This document shows positions 1 to 12,902 of a stretch of 64,000 nt of DNA, one piece after another; the stretch's first letter is position 1, and each line of letters begins with the position of its first letter. A program made the position numbers and the translations under genes. The notes below the pieces were generated by a model. It searched no databases. It was given only the letters and a program-made list of their open reading frames with translations, and was not told the DNA's origin. Source of the DNA: Octopus sinensis. Lineage: Eukaryota. Location of the stretch: NCBI RefSeq assembly GCF_006345805.1, contig NC_043015.1, positions 15,748,001 through 15,812,000 on the forward strand. The letters run 5' to 3'.

Positions 1-1050
1 CCTTAACCGCAAATACCAATGGACCAGCACAAAATCGGTTTAGGAAGGACATTATCCATTTGATGAAAACCTTCTTTCTTAGCATATCTACAGACACCAA
101 CCTGACGGTTGCCAATTTCCTAGATGTATCCTTAGATCTAAATAAGAATATTTATAAACCTTATAGGAAGCCTAACAATAGACTTAGTTATATTCATGTG
201 GGTTCCTGCCATCCCCCGCCCCATAGTGTGTACAAATTTAGTTAAAAACATTAGCAAAAGAATTTCTAGCCTCTCCTCCGATAGGGACACTTCTAATAGC
301 GTTGCCCTAGTATATAATAAGGCTCTAAAAGATGGTGGATTTAGCGAGGAAATAACCTATACACCTGGCACCAGTCCAATAATAAAGAAGAGGAAATATA
401 GGAATGGGAAAACTATCTGGTTCACACTCCCCTACTCACCCGAAGTGTCCTTCAATATAGGCAAGTATTTCTTAGCACTGATAGATAGATATTTTCCAGC
501 CAACCATAGTTAAAGAAAGCTCTTCAATAGACATAACTTAAAAATCAGTTTCGGCTGAACTACTAATTTAAAAAAATATAATCGCACACAACACACAAAA
601 ACCACAATATGAAACCAGCTGTTCATGCAGGAATAAAAATTTGTGCCCGCTAAATGGAGCTTGCATGTCCGAGATCATCATTTATGAAGCCACCGTGGAC
701 TCTATATCCACTAAGGACACGGTTTCGACGAATAAATACGCGGGCCTTACAGAGGGTAATTTCAAGGCCATGTTCAATAATCACACCTTGAGCTTCAGGC
801 ACTGGGACAAAAGGAAAACGACCAAATTATCCAGTCATACATGATCCTTAAAAGATAAAGGTGTCAGTTACAACATCCATTGGAAGATCTTAGCCAAATC
901 TAAGCCCTACACCAACGGCAGTGGAAAGTGCGGTCTTTGTGATATGGAAAGATGGCTCATCAAGAAAAGTAGCTTAGACCCCGCTACATGTCTGAATTCA
1001 AGAACTGAACTTTTCGGTTCATGTCCATGTGTGGCTAAATATTTGTTACG
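1..1050 (+). mobile_element. Penelope-like retroelement remnant (RT thumb + GIY-YIG endonuclease), frameshifted, with stops
   Basis: Joined ORFs read FLDVSLDL..YRKP...YIHVGSCHP, IWFTLPYS...IGKYFL, CPLNGACM..IIYEATV..KYAGLTEGNFK..NNHTLSF and C.LC..E....LNSRTEL..C. This matches the PLE RT C-terminus followed by a GIY-YIG domain. Confidence 0.85.
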
Positions 1051-1159
1051 TTTTTGGTCCCCCCCCCCCACCGAGATTACAGATAGGACTTGCTTTCTAT
1101 ATTGTGTCCATGTACAAGCTGTTTATCTCTCTATGCTTTTTACTTATATTTCTTTGATT

Positions 1160-1332
1160 GGCTGTGTGGTAAATAGCTTGCTTACGAACCACATGGTTCC
1201 GGGTTAAGTCCCACTACCTGGCACCTTCGGCAAGTGTCTTCTACTATTGCCTCGGACCGACCAAAGCCTTGCGAGTGGATTTGGTAGAGGAAACTGAAAG
1301 AAGCCCGTCGTATATATGTGTGTGTATATATA

Positions 1333-1373
<41 letters not shown>

Positions 1374-1598
1374 TGTGTGTGTGTGTTTGTGTGTCTGCGT
1401 TTGTCCCTCCCCAACATTGCTTGACAACCGATACCGGTGTGTTTACGTCCCCTAACTTAGCAGTCAGGCAAAAGGGACCCATAGAATAAGTACTAGGCTT
1501 ACAAAGAATAAGTCCTGGGGTCGATTTGCTCGACTAAAGGCGGTGCTCCGGCATGGCCACAGTCACATGACTGAAACAAGTAAAAGAGTAAAAGAGTA
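1160..1598 (+). mobile_element. tRNA-derived SINE, family A (internal (TG)n)
   Basis: Head GGCTGTGTGGTAAATAGCTTG...GGTTAAGTCCCA has box A/B-like motifs. Tail is GGCGGTGCTCC...GACTGAAACAAGTAAAAGAG. Near-identical copies occur at 54751, 58010 and 59570. Confidence 0.85.
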
Positions 1599-1905
1599 AT
1601 ATATATATATTTCTTACATATTATAGATATTGTTTTATAGGTTTATTGCTTATATATTTTTACACATATTTTTTTCTGTATTCTGCCTTCCACCCTGCAT
1701 TTTCCCTGTGCGTATATAGACGTGTATATGGAATCTTTTGTGCTCGCGTGTGGATGAGTGCGTGTGTGCGAGTATGTGCGTATATAGACGTATTTAACTC
1801 ATTGCCTATTTTTACACATTTCTTACACTTTTTCGTGTATTTTGCCTTTAGACCTGTTTATTCTTGTGCATGTGCGTATATAGATATGCGTATGAACTAT
1901 TTTGT

Positions 1906-1945
<40 letters not shown>

Positions 1946-2532
1946 ATATAGACGTGTGCGGATGTGCTCGTATATAGACGTGTGTGTATATGAGTGCGTG
2001 CATACGGGTATGTGCGTATATAGATGTTTTTTACTCTTATTGCTTATTTTTTAATACGTATTTTGCCTTTAACCTTGTTTTTTCTTTTGCATGTGCGTAT
2101 ATAGACGTGTGTAGGAACCTTTATTTGTGCGTGTGCGTGCGTACGAGCGTGCATGTATATATATATTTTGGCGAATGTGTGGGTGAGCATGTGTGTGTTT
2201 CAAGTGAGGGTGGATGAGTATAGGCGCATGTACGTGGGTGAGTGGGCGCGCATGTGTAGGTATGGACATGCGCGCTTACATGAATACTATGAACATTTTT
2301 ACTCCCTTACCTTTACTCCCGCCCCTCACTTAGCGGTCATTCCAATAGTTCATTTGTCTTAATAACAGTCAATCACACAGTAATTTCCCTTTGTTTAACG
2401 GTCATTTTCATAGCATTTTTTCGATGATCGGATAATTGAAGAGATGGCGGTGTGGGTTTCCGTCAACATCCGAAACACGGAATTTTATCATGGCTTCTGA
2501 ATAATTGTCACATATTATATTTACTGATATAC

Positions 2533-2535
<3 letters not shown>

Positions 2536-2596
<61 letters not shown>

Positions 2597-2603
2597 GTAT
2601 GTA

Positions 2604-2670
<67 letters not shown>

Positions 2671-2702
2671 TTATATATATATATATATAGTATGTATGTA
2701 TG

Positions 2703-2742
<40 letters not shown>

Positions 2743-2764
2743 CATAGATAGATTGATAGATGCA

Positions 2765-2807
<43 letters not shown>

Positions 2808-2857
2808 TATATATACACATATTTATGCATATATATACATAAGTGTATTTATGTATG

Positions 2858-2888
<31 letters not shown>

Positions 2889-3146
2889 ATATGTATATAT
2901 ATATATATATATGTAAATAAAATAGAACATATGCATATATATAAACATATATGTACGTACCTACCTCTACATGTACATATACACGCATATATGTGTACAG
3001 GACACCAAAAAGACGTCGAACACATAGAGAGACGAAAAACATAGACACAAACCAAGGAACAAGACAAGCAAAAAAAGAGATACAGGACAATAAGCACAAC
3101 GAAAAATCCCCTTCTTCAGTCGCTAAGGTTTCATCTACTAAACGTT

Positions 3147-3207
<61 letters not shown>

Positions 3208-3230
3208 TGTGTGTGTGTGCATGTATATAC
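2536..3230. repeat. Compound (TA)n/(GA)n/(TG)n microsatellite block
   Basis: Long dinucleotide runs are visible directly. Confidence 0.95.
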
Positions 3231-4826
3231 ACGCGCATACTCACACACAGAGGCTAAGAATGTAGCAGTTTCCTAAACAAAAACTAAAATAGAAAACAAC
3301 AGATTGTTTAAAACCCGAATATGTTTTTTACGAAAAATAATTTAAAATAACAAAAACATTTAAATCTTTAACAAACGACTCTTTTTCTCATTTTCCTCTA
3401 CCCCCGCCCCTATCCCGTCATCTGTCGTCATGAATATCTTCCTCCTCGTCTAAGTCCTTTATTACAATGATTGTATGTTCTTGTATTTTATTTTCAGTTC
3501 ACATGTTACAACATTCCTTTCTCTCTTTCCTTCTGTTTCTCATTCTTCTTGTCTCTCTGTGTGTTTATGTATCCATGTATATACTTAACATGTCTGTTTA
3601 TCTGTGTTTATGCAGGCGTGTGTCTGTATGTGCGTTTGTGTATTGCTTGGCTATATGTATATGTGAATGCCTATATGAGTTTGTAGTTATGTTCGGAAAT
3701 GTGTACATGTGTCCAAATGAGTGGGTGCTTTTCTCCGCGTGTATGTGCTTGAATGAATGTCTGTATGACAGTATGTATGTATAAAAATGTTAACATGTGA
3801 CTTTATTTTATTATATTGATAATTTTGAAAATTCATAATATACTGGTTCTACTAAATACAACTGACAAACATAACTTGGAACTGAGGAGGAAAAAGTATG
3901 AATGTATAGCTATCGACTATGGGATGATCTAGAATCCATAGAGTGAAATGAAGAATTTGGAATTTCAATTCTTTCAATAATATAGAAACTGTGCATCTAA
4001 TTTTCAAAATAAGTTGGATTTATCGGAAAATAAATAATAAATTGAATATAGACAGGAGAGAGAAAGAAAGAGGGGTAGAATAGAGAGAAATGGAAAATAA
4101 AGAATAAGAAGGGGAAATGGGATAGAAAGAGGGAAAGAAAGATAGGAGTTAGACAAGAACCAAGTGATATGGGAATGGTGAAATAATCTCGACAAAATTT
4201 TCTGTTGCCAAAGAATATCGTTCATACGATTATGAATTGGAAAAATCGTTAAAATCAGAGAGTATGAAAATCATAATGTAAGAACAATAGTAACCAAAAT
4301 AATGTACAAGAAATATTGTCAAATACTTTGAACTCTTCAACCGATGATAAAATATTTGGAATGAGTTCGTTGTCTTATATTTATGGTGGTTAACTTAGAA
4401 TTAGCAAGTAGATAATACCCAGTTGAAAATGTTAGTCATTGGATTATGGTAAGTACACTTCCAGATTTGAAAAGTGGAGTAACCTTTGAGCTTTGTAGCG
4501 TAGTTAAGTTGTTGATGCCGAAATCTTTTTGGGGTAAATTGCCCTTAACAGAAACAACAGCCCTTCTTTCCTTTGAGCGTTTATTACATGGTGTTTCATT
4601 ACCAGTATGAGACTTATCTCGAAATATTACGTTCCATTTGAAGGTGGAATGAATAGTCATTTCCTTTGAATGCCGAATAAGTTATTCACTATACTCCATT
4701 TGAGAGTTTAGTGAATAGCCTTTTCCTTTAAGTCTGAAATAATTTAGTGAGGGAATTCCTTTTATTCATCAAATTTTTTTATAGAAATGGCTATTCTGGT
4801 ACAATTTGTGAAGTGGGGATGTCAGA

Positions 4827-4828
<2 letters not shown>

Positions 4829-4882
<54 letters not shown>

Positions 4883-4909
4883 TGTGTGTGTGTGCGTGCG
4901 TGTGTGTTT

Positions 4910-4950
<41 letters not shown>
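4829..4950. repeat. (TG)n microsatellite
   Basis: Seen directly. Confidence 0.95.
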
Positions 4951-4953
<3 letters not shown>

Positions 4954-5460
4954 TTATTGGCGGTATCATTGCGTTGATAAACTAAAATACTATCTGGGCA
5001 CTCGGAGTCTAATGGAAAATTGCTACGTTTAATACAATTGCAGTCAGTATTGATATCAAGAGTACTGTTTCTTCGCGTGTTTTTTTGTTTTTTGTTTTTT
5101 TTGTAGAATCGAACTTGAATTTAGAGTTTTTTCTAGAATCAAACTAGAATTTAGAGTCTATCCGAAATTGGGTGCAATGGAGCAATACAATTTTGTGATT
5201 TTCATATGCAAAGATATAAATCGTGCTTGCCATCGTTTCTATTCGGTTTTACGTACTACTGTTGAATCGTTCCGACATTTTACAAAAAAAAAACGAAAAA
5301 AACCAAAGGAAACAACCATCAGATTCGAAAGTAGATTTTAGGTTTTTCAGTAATGTTATAGATATATGGTGGCTGTCAACTCGCTCTCCCTTTTTCTTTC
5401 ATTTCCAGATATAATGTCTTCTTCTCACAGTCCTCGTTATTACGAAGATATACACTAAAC

Positions 5461-5650
5461 TGGCAGCATCGTTAGCAAGTTAGGCAAAATACTTAGCGAC
5501 AGCATGTCCGTCAGCATGTACTGAGTTCAAGTTCCACCTTCAATCCTTCCGGGATTGTAAAATAAGTACCAGTTCATTACTGGGGTCGATCTAATCGACT
5601 CATTCCCTCCTCCGAACTTGCTGGCCTTGTGCCAAAATTTGAAATCAATA
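5461..5650 (+). mobile_element. SINE family B copy
   Basis: TGGCAG(A/C)ATCGTTAGCA...TGAGTTCAA...AAGTACCAG...GGGGTCGAT...GGCCTTGTGCC is shared with copies at 28727, 55918 and 57595. Confidence 0.75.
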
Positions 5651-5772
5651 TTTTAATATAAACAAGTATGCAAAATTTGTGTAATGAATTCCTTGGAAAA
5701 CTAAGGAAAACCAGGTCCTCAGCATTTTGCTGTACCTTGAGTCCTTTATTTATGGAGTTTACTATATATATG

Positions 5773-5840
<68 letters not shown>

Positions 5841-5881
5841 ATATATATATAATTAGATAAAGATAGTTATGGCCAGTCTAT

Positions 5882-5942
5882 GAGGTTACCCTGGTTTCAT
5901 GTCCATAAAAGCGCTTGGCTTTATGGCGTCTCTTCAGATCCT
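5882..5942 (-). ncRNA. Degenerate type-I hammerhead ribozyme-like motif
   Basis: Minus strand reads aggau-CUGAAGA-gacgccauaaagc..gcuuuuauggacau-GAAAC-cagg-GUA-accuc. The core is intact; the base of stem II and stem I are imperfect. Confidence 0.5.
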
Positions 5943-6499
5943 AAATGCCAGTGGACTGTAACCTCTCTTCAAAGGGGAAAGAGACAAAAACCTTGTGGTT
6001 AGTTGTTGAATCTACGGACAATGGATAAGAATTAAGCACAATGGAATGTCTCCCTTAGACCACTGTCCGTAATCGACCTAGTCGGCTTGTAGGTGTCGGG
6101 ACTTCAGTAGGAATTTCCTTAGTGTAAGCAGGGTCCGAAAACTTCCGTCCTCTGCTAAGTACAACAAGCACTGTTCTTCATTGAACATACTGTATTGTCT
6201 TCTATGTCTGATAAGGATCTTCAGTAGTAACGACTGCAAGTTGTGCAGTTAGCTAATTGTTCAAGCAACCAGCTTTGACATTCAAGAACTTGAATTACAT
6301 GTCCACTAAAATGAATCCCTCTTAGTTAAAGATTTAAAAAATACTTATACAATGATCAAACAATTTGGTATAATGTAACCCAGGAGTAGTTTTCCTTAAG
6401 TTACACGTAAAGCAGACAAGACTTTTGGATCAAATTAATTTTGACAAAATTTAATCTGATCACTGTTTCGGTAGCGTTTTGCTTTTAATCTGCCACACA

Positions 6500-7600
6500 A
6501 CCTTGCACATAATGACAGCTCTGCGAGAAATATTGGCAAAATATTTTGACAGGCAGATTTTATTAAGCAAGCCATACTGAATATATGAGTCTACAATGTT
6601 TCACAGACCTGTATTTAAGAATTTCGATGCCATATATTCAAGATCTTAAAACTGAATTGAATCACTCTCTCTTATTCTCTGAGGATTTCAGGCACATTCT
6701 GCCAGTTATTCGAAAGAATACTTGTTGATAAGTTGAGAACCTGCCCCCCAAAAATCAACATTTGGAGTCGAGACGAAAAGCTTCATCCTTCTACAACACG
6801 ATATACACTTAATGTAGATGCCCCAACAATCGATTTCGAGAAACGTTTACTTCAGTTGGAAGCAACGAACAGTTGTCAATGACTAGGTGGCACTGAGAAT
6901 GAAAATATTCAAATGTATAAATAACAACTTATTAATACATCTCAAGAAGTGCTATTGTAAATTTATTCTAGCCTCTCTTAGAATTATGAAAACCATGGGT
7001 GGCTTTGTGCACGTGCTATACTGGCTCAAAAAGCTACCATTCTGCAGTATACTAATGCCACTACCATTCAACAGATACCAACCCAATCCAGATGGTATGT
7101 CAGTTCTCAACATAGTTGATGTTAGTGATACTCCACCAGAGTTCCTCAATTCTTCTCGCCCTGTTGCTGTCCCTCCTTACAATCTGCAATTGAATGTATG
7201 AACACTCATTATGTTGCTATAAACTTTGGCTACACCGAAACTCTGCAACAGTACAAAACTAGCTGTCGAAACTTCGGTATAACTTGTTATAAAATCCACC
7301 ATTGTGACAGATTGTGCCAGGGGAGAATGTATTTTCATGCCACGCATACCTCTCAACCTATTAGACAGGCCATATACGTTCAAGCACCTTCAGTTTCTAG
7401 AGTCATTCTAGAGTTTCTCTGTTGCTACCAAAATGTCACCGTGACAGTCCCTGAGGACATCTGAAACTAAACTGACAACTCTATATTTCTCCCCATAATC
7501 AGTTCTATGTCGTATGCCAGCGAGTTGAGAAGAGGTATTTTCATTGATGCCCCAAACCGCAGAAATGCTATCCCCGTCGGAGCGTCTACTGAATAAAACT
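6500..7600 (+). mobile_element. Decayed Helitron PIF1-type helicase C-terminal region
   Basis: Cross-frame translation gives YENHGWLCARAILA.K, PPEFLNSSRPVAVPPYNLQL, TPKLCNSTKLAV, IVTDCARGECIFMPRIPL and FKHLQF. These correspond to the Helitron helicase motifs WLCERAILAPKN, EFLNSL..PG.PPH.L.LK, LCNGTRL and V.IPRIP...F.R.QF. Best match is 6980-7560. Confidence 0.8.
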
Positions 7601-7907
7601 AATTTCTGATAAAATTCCAAGTTTCATGTGTTACATTTCAAGCTAGAATTACAATAAGATGTATATAAAGTAAAATATCGTATTCACTTGAGTCATGAAA
7701 TAAAATTTTCTGAAAGCAGTTTCAAACGGTTGGCATATCCTAATGGCTTGCAAAATTCAACTTTAGAGATGTATCGGCATTATTACTTATATTCAAATAT
7801 ATTGTGAATATACGCAAATATACTTACATACAAAAAGTTATTCATAAAACCTTTCTATGTTTCTACTACGGACACGATACTTGAACTACACCGGATACTT
7901 CTGTTTG

Positions 7908-7951
<44 letters not shown>

Positions 7952-8436
7952 ACTCTTCCTCCTTGACTCTCTCGTTGCTCTCACGTGACCAACGGCCATC
8001 CATCTTTCTTTCTTCCACTTACTTCCTAAAGACAAGATGTGCTTTTATATGTCTCTTCTCAAAGCTCACTTTTCCAGCATTCACCACTTCATATCGTCAT
8101 GGCTTAACAGCCCTCACCGCTTGTTTTTACTGTTTTGTTCTCACTGTCCAGTTTTTGTTACCACTTACACCCTCCGCAAAAAAATCCCAAATTTTATTTA
8201 ATTTGCTTTGTAGGAAAGACTGTCTTAACGAAGTCACGTCTTGTCCCTACCTTCGAAAAGCGGAGTAGATAAAACAGAGCACAACTGATGAAGGGAATGT
8301 TCTTTATGTTGCCTGTCTCGTTTCTCTGTTTGTTTCTTTCGTTGTTTGAAAAGAAATTCGTTTTCTATGTTTTTGTTTTTTGTTCTCGTTTCATTTTGTC
8401 TACGGTTTTTTGATGTCCTGTACCCATATATGCATG

Positions 8437-8535
<99 letters not shown>

Positions 8536-8858
8536 AAGGCGCATGACTCTGTGATTAAAGCGTCGGAAACACAACCATCAAGTAGTGAGTTCGAATCCCA
8601 GTAGGGCTCTGTGTGTGTTCTTGAGCAAAACACTTTATTTCACATTGCTCCACTTCTCCCAGCTATAGAAATGATTTGCAACGTTACTAGTACCAAACTG
8701 TATCGGCCTTTTCCTTTCCCTTGGATAGCATCGGTGGACAGGAGGCTAGTACGCATGGGCGACTGCTAGTCTTCCATAAACAACCTTGCCCGTACTTGTG
8801 TCTCAGAAGATAACATTTTAAGTGCAATCCCAAGATCATTCATGACTGAAGGGGGCCT
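8536..8858 (+). mobile_element. tRNA-derived SINE, family C
   Basis: GGCGCATGACTCTGTGATTAAAGCGTC...GAGTTCGAATCC head, collinear with the copy at 32257. Confidence 0.8.
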
Positions 8859-8887
8859 ATACATACATACATACATACATACATACA

Positions 8888-8923
<36 letters not shown>

Positions 8924-10039
8924 TATACACACACACACAGAAAGTGTGTTACCACACGTAAAGAATTATATTTCAATAATAAAAGATATACTGAACAGTA
9001 ATTCGTATTCACCAATCCATAACTAAAAAAAAAACAACGAATAAATTACGACCGAACTGAGCTAAGAAAAACAGGATGTCAGAAAAACCACCACTACCAA
9101 CCAGCAAACCATAACGAAATTAAAAGAAACAATTTCAAACAATCTAGTTGAATTATAAAAAAAAAATTAAGCAACAAGAAAATCAGTAAACAGGATATAA
9201 AAATTAACCAAAGAGATCGGTAATAAAATGTGTGTGTGTGTGTGTATGTATATATATTTAAAAGCACAAAATTCAAATTCAAAAGGAAAGGGTATTTAGA
9301 TAAACAACAGTAAAGACAACAAAGGAGATCATAATACAAATAACAATTTAGCAAATGATTAGACGAAAGGCACGGTCAACGGCCTAAAATACAGAATAAC
9401 GAGGTAACGAAACAACATCGAAAACCAATAAAAATAATAGCCACATAATACACAGAAAAAAATCAACATATTAAAATAACTTTAGAAAACAAACAGTGGT
9501 CATGCAATCCAGTGTGTATAAAATAAGTGAAACAGTTCTCGTCTGGAGATTGTTATGACGTGAAACTCAAGTTACTTGATAAATTAATTCAATTTGAATG
9601 GTAATATACGTTACAAGCAATGAGTTGTCAATTCATCTCTCAATGCAGTACATTATAATTTGAATTGTTTAAAAAAATGATATTATGATTGGATTATTCA
9701 CTCGTCAGGTGCACAAACAACTATCATTTGTTTTGCGTGATGACAGAAATATATTACAAAAAGGGTGTAGTATTGTTATATTCTGGGTAGGAATATTTAA
9801 CTCAAATAACTATTCGAGCGTTGAGTCTAAACATAAGTATATCTGTGCGTGCACACATACACGCATATACTCAGTCATAAATCTTTTTAAAGGATTCAAG
9901 TAAATTTCCATGCTTCTCACTCGTGTGAAAAGAACTATTTTCCTACACGCGCGCGCGCGCGTGTACGCACGTGTGTCTGTGTGTATGTTTACGTTTATGC
10001 CTCTGTACATATAGTCAGACAGACAGACAGACTGATATA

Positions 10040-10050
10040 TATATATATAT

Positions 10051-10114
<64 letters not shown>

Positions 10115-10115
10115 C
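10040..10115. repeat. (TAGA)n microsatellite
   Basis: Seen directly. Confidence 0.95.
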
Positions 10116-10720
10116 AAGAGAGAGAGGGGGAGAGAGAGAGCGAGAGGGGGATCTTTCCTGTTGCTGTCACAGGTTTTGAAATTTCAAAATTAAGTGACAA
10201 TTTTCAAATTTAGTATATTGATGTAATTTTTCATGGTGAAACCAATTTCGTGATTCATTCCAGAGAAAATTTAGAAAAATGTTAAAGAGGTTTCAAGTTT
10301 GGTCATTTCTATCCAATCAGAAAGTATGATTTGCGTATAATAGCCGTGTATCATGAAATGAAAGTAAACATTAGACGAGGCTTTAAACAAAAGCAATATG
10401 AGATAATATATATACAAAGAGAGAGGGGAGATGGAGGGAGGGAGAGATAACGACAGTGAAGAATATATAGAGAGATAGATTAGTGGTAACAGATAGAGAG
10501 TGTGAGGGATGTCGGTCTAAAATTGAATCTTTTCTCGTAGCAAATTATATCTTTTATTATTATTTACGAACAACTTTCTCTTTAGAGCATTAATTTCGAA
10601 AATTAAATTCGTTTTTCTCGAGGGTTCACAGTTTCAGAGCCTTTCGGCGTTAAACACACATGCATAACCAAATGCACTAGCATTTATGGCATAGTTTCGG
10701 TTGTATGGCATAGTTTCGGT

Positions 10721-11603
10721 TGTAGTAGCACAGATTTCCGTCGATTTCCGTAAAAAACTTTTATTTTTTTACATAAGTAATGAGAGCGAAAGGGACTAAG
10801 AGGAAGCGATTTTACGACGAGAAGGTTTCACTTTGAAGTCGGCCTGTGTGTGTTTGATGGGGTGTGGGAGACAGACAGTATGTTGTGTAAGTGAAGTGCT
10901 TCTGTTAGTGTGTGCGAAGAGACAGACATACATATACACATACACCGAGTACATACATACATACATACACACACACACATACATAGATACATACACACAC
11001 ACACATACATACATACACACACACATACTTACACACACACACACACACATAGATACATACACACACACACATACATGCAGACATACATATACACATACAC
11101 CGAGTAAAAAATTACACTGAATCGACCATACATACATACACACATACATACATACACATACACACATACATAGATACATACACACACATACATGCAGACA
11201 TACATATACACATACACCGAGTAAAAAATTACGATGAATCGGCCATACATACATACATACATACATACACACACACATACTTACACACACACATACATAG
11301 ATACATGCATACATACATATACACATACATGCATACATACATATACACATACACCGAGTAAAAAATCAGTTATCTCTCTCTTTCACACATTACTCTCTCT
11401 GTCTCTTCGCACACACTAACAGAAGCACTTCACTTACACAACATACTGTCTGTCTCCCACACCCCATCAAACACACACAGGCCGATTTCAAAGAGAAACC
11501 TTCTCGTCATAAAATCGCTTCCTCTTAGTCTCTTTCGCTCTCATTACTTATGTAAAAAAATAAAAGTTTTTTACGGAAATCGACGGAAATCTGTGCTACG
11601 ACA
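10721..11603. mobile_element. Foldback/MITE-like element with about 206-bp terminal inverted repeats and a repetitive interior
   Basis: 10721-10926 is the reverse complement of 11398-11603 with few mismatches. The interior has four CATATACACATACACCGAGTA-anchored CA/TACA-rich units. Confidence 0.85.
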
Positions 11604-11640
11604 TGCGAAACTTCGCCGCATTTATATATATATAAATACA

Positions 11641-12254
11641 TATTAATTATAATAAAGGGTTAATTGCAACAAGTTGCTCAAAACCACATACCGAAAATAT
11701 TAGAAATAGCAGCCAAATTGATCACTATTTCTCCTACTAATAAAAGTCTCCACAAACAAACAGAATTTGTAACCCGTATATGGTAAAAAGAAAGAAAATA
11801 ACGAAATCCCAGCCTATGGATTAATTATAGACGAATCGTTTCTGGATTAGAACCGAAGGCTCATTTCCTTGTAAATATAATATTTCCTATAAATCTAGAA
11901 ATGCTAGGGAAAAAACTCACCCTTTACACCGGCTCGACCAACGATATCGAACGATCTAACGGACTGCTAGCATCCCTACATTTATATAGACAGGCGAATT
12001 CGTATCTCCCTCCAATATTACCACGTGAGTTACGAAAACATTACCAACGAAACGAAGTTTCGTAGATTGATTGTAAGGGAGCAATAGTATTCAATATACA
12101 AAAAAGGGTGAAATATAATTAATTTAATAAAATTAATAAATTTCACCTAGTAGATTTATCGGTATGGAAAAGACCATATTTGGTAAGAATTATATTAATT
12201 ATAATAAAGGGTTAATTGCAACAAGTTGCTCAAAGCCACATACCGAAAATATTA
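11641..12254. repeat. 552-bp unit bounded by 62-bp direct repeats (LTR/pseudo-LTR-like)
   Basis: TATTAATTATAATAAAGGGTTAATTGCAACAAGTTGCTCAAA(A/G)CCACATACCGAAAATATTA occurs at 11641 and 12193. Confidence 0.7.
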
Positions 12255-12559
12255 TAAATATTTTTGTATATTGAATTATATAAATATATATATATATATA
12301 TATATTTATACACACACATATGTGTGTATGTATGTTTGTATGTATGTGTGCGTGTGTGTATGTGTGTGTATATTTCATTACTTATGGAACTGCTTTTCAT
12401 ATTTAGAATGGGAATAATTCATTAATGTTAGCTACGTCAACACCTATCTTCTAATATCCATGATTAAAATAAAGTTTGTGAAAGATTAGGCTATTATGCT
12501 GTAGGCCTTTTAGAGCAGAAATCAAACAGATGATGGATAACTATATGTATATATGTGTG

Positions 12560-12568
12560 TATATATAT

Positions 12569-12653
<85 letters not shown>

Positions 12654-12658
12654 CAGAC

Positions 12659-12711
<53 letters not shown>

Positions 12712-12793
12712 TACATGTGTGTGTGTGTGTGTGTGTGTATGAATGTATGTATGTATGTATGTATGTATGTATGTATGTATGAATGAATGTATG

Positions 12794-12840
<47 letters not shown>

Positions 12841-12861
12841 GTATATATATATATATGTATG

Positions 12862-12900
<39 letters not shown>
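12560..12900. repeat. Compound (TAGA)n/(TG)n/(TATG)n/(TA)n microsatellite
   Basis: Seen directly. Confidence 0.95.

Positions 12901-12902
<2 letters not shown>

Noticed and set aside
2420-2490. Hammerhead-like TTGAAGA...CGAAACACGGA segment
   Set aside because: No UH triplet, an ambiguous core, and no coherent stem I. At most a very decayed relic.
7090-7200. Cadherin/protocadherin-like motif IVDVSDTPPEF in ORF 6887..7201
   Set aside because: The surrounding frames match Helitron helicase motifs (EFLNS...PP..L.L, LCN.T.L, PRIP), and no other cadherin motifs (LDRE, A.D.G) are present.
10927-11397. CRISPR-like repeat-spacer pattern (CATACACCGAGTA units)
   Set aside because: The spacers are CA/TACA microsatellite variants of unequal length, the context is eukaryotic, and no cas genes are present.
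11495-11508. GAAAC-CTTCTC-GTC half-hammerhead in the foldback TIR
   Set aside because: No CUGANGA or stem II upstream in either arm.
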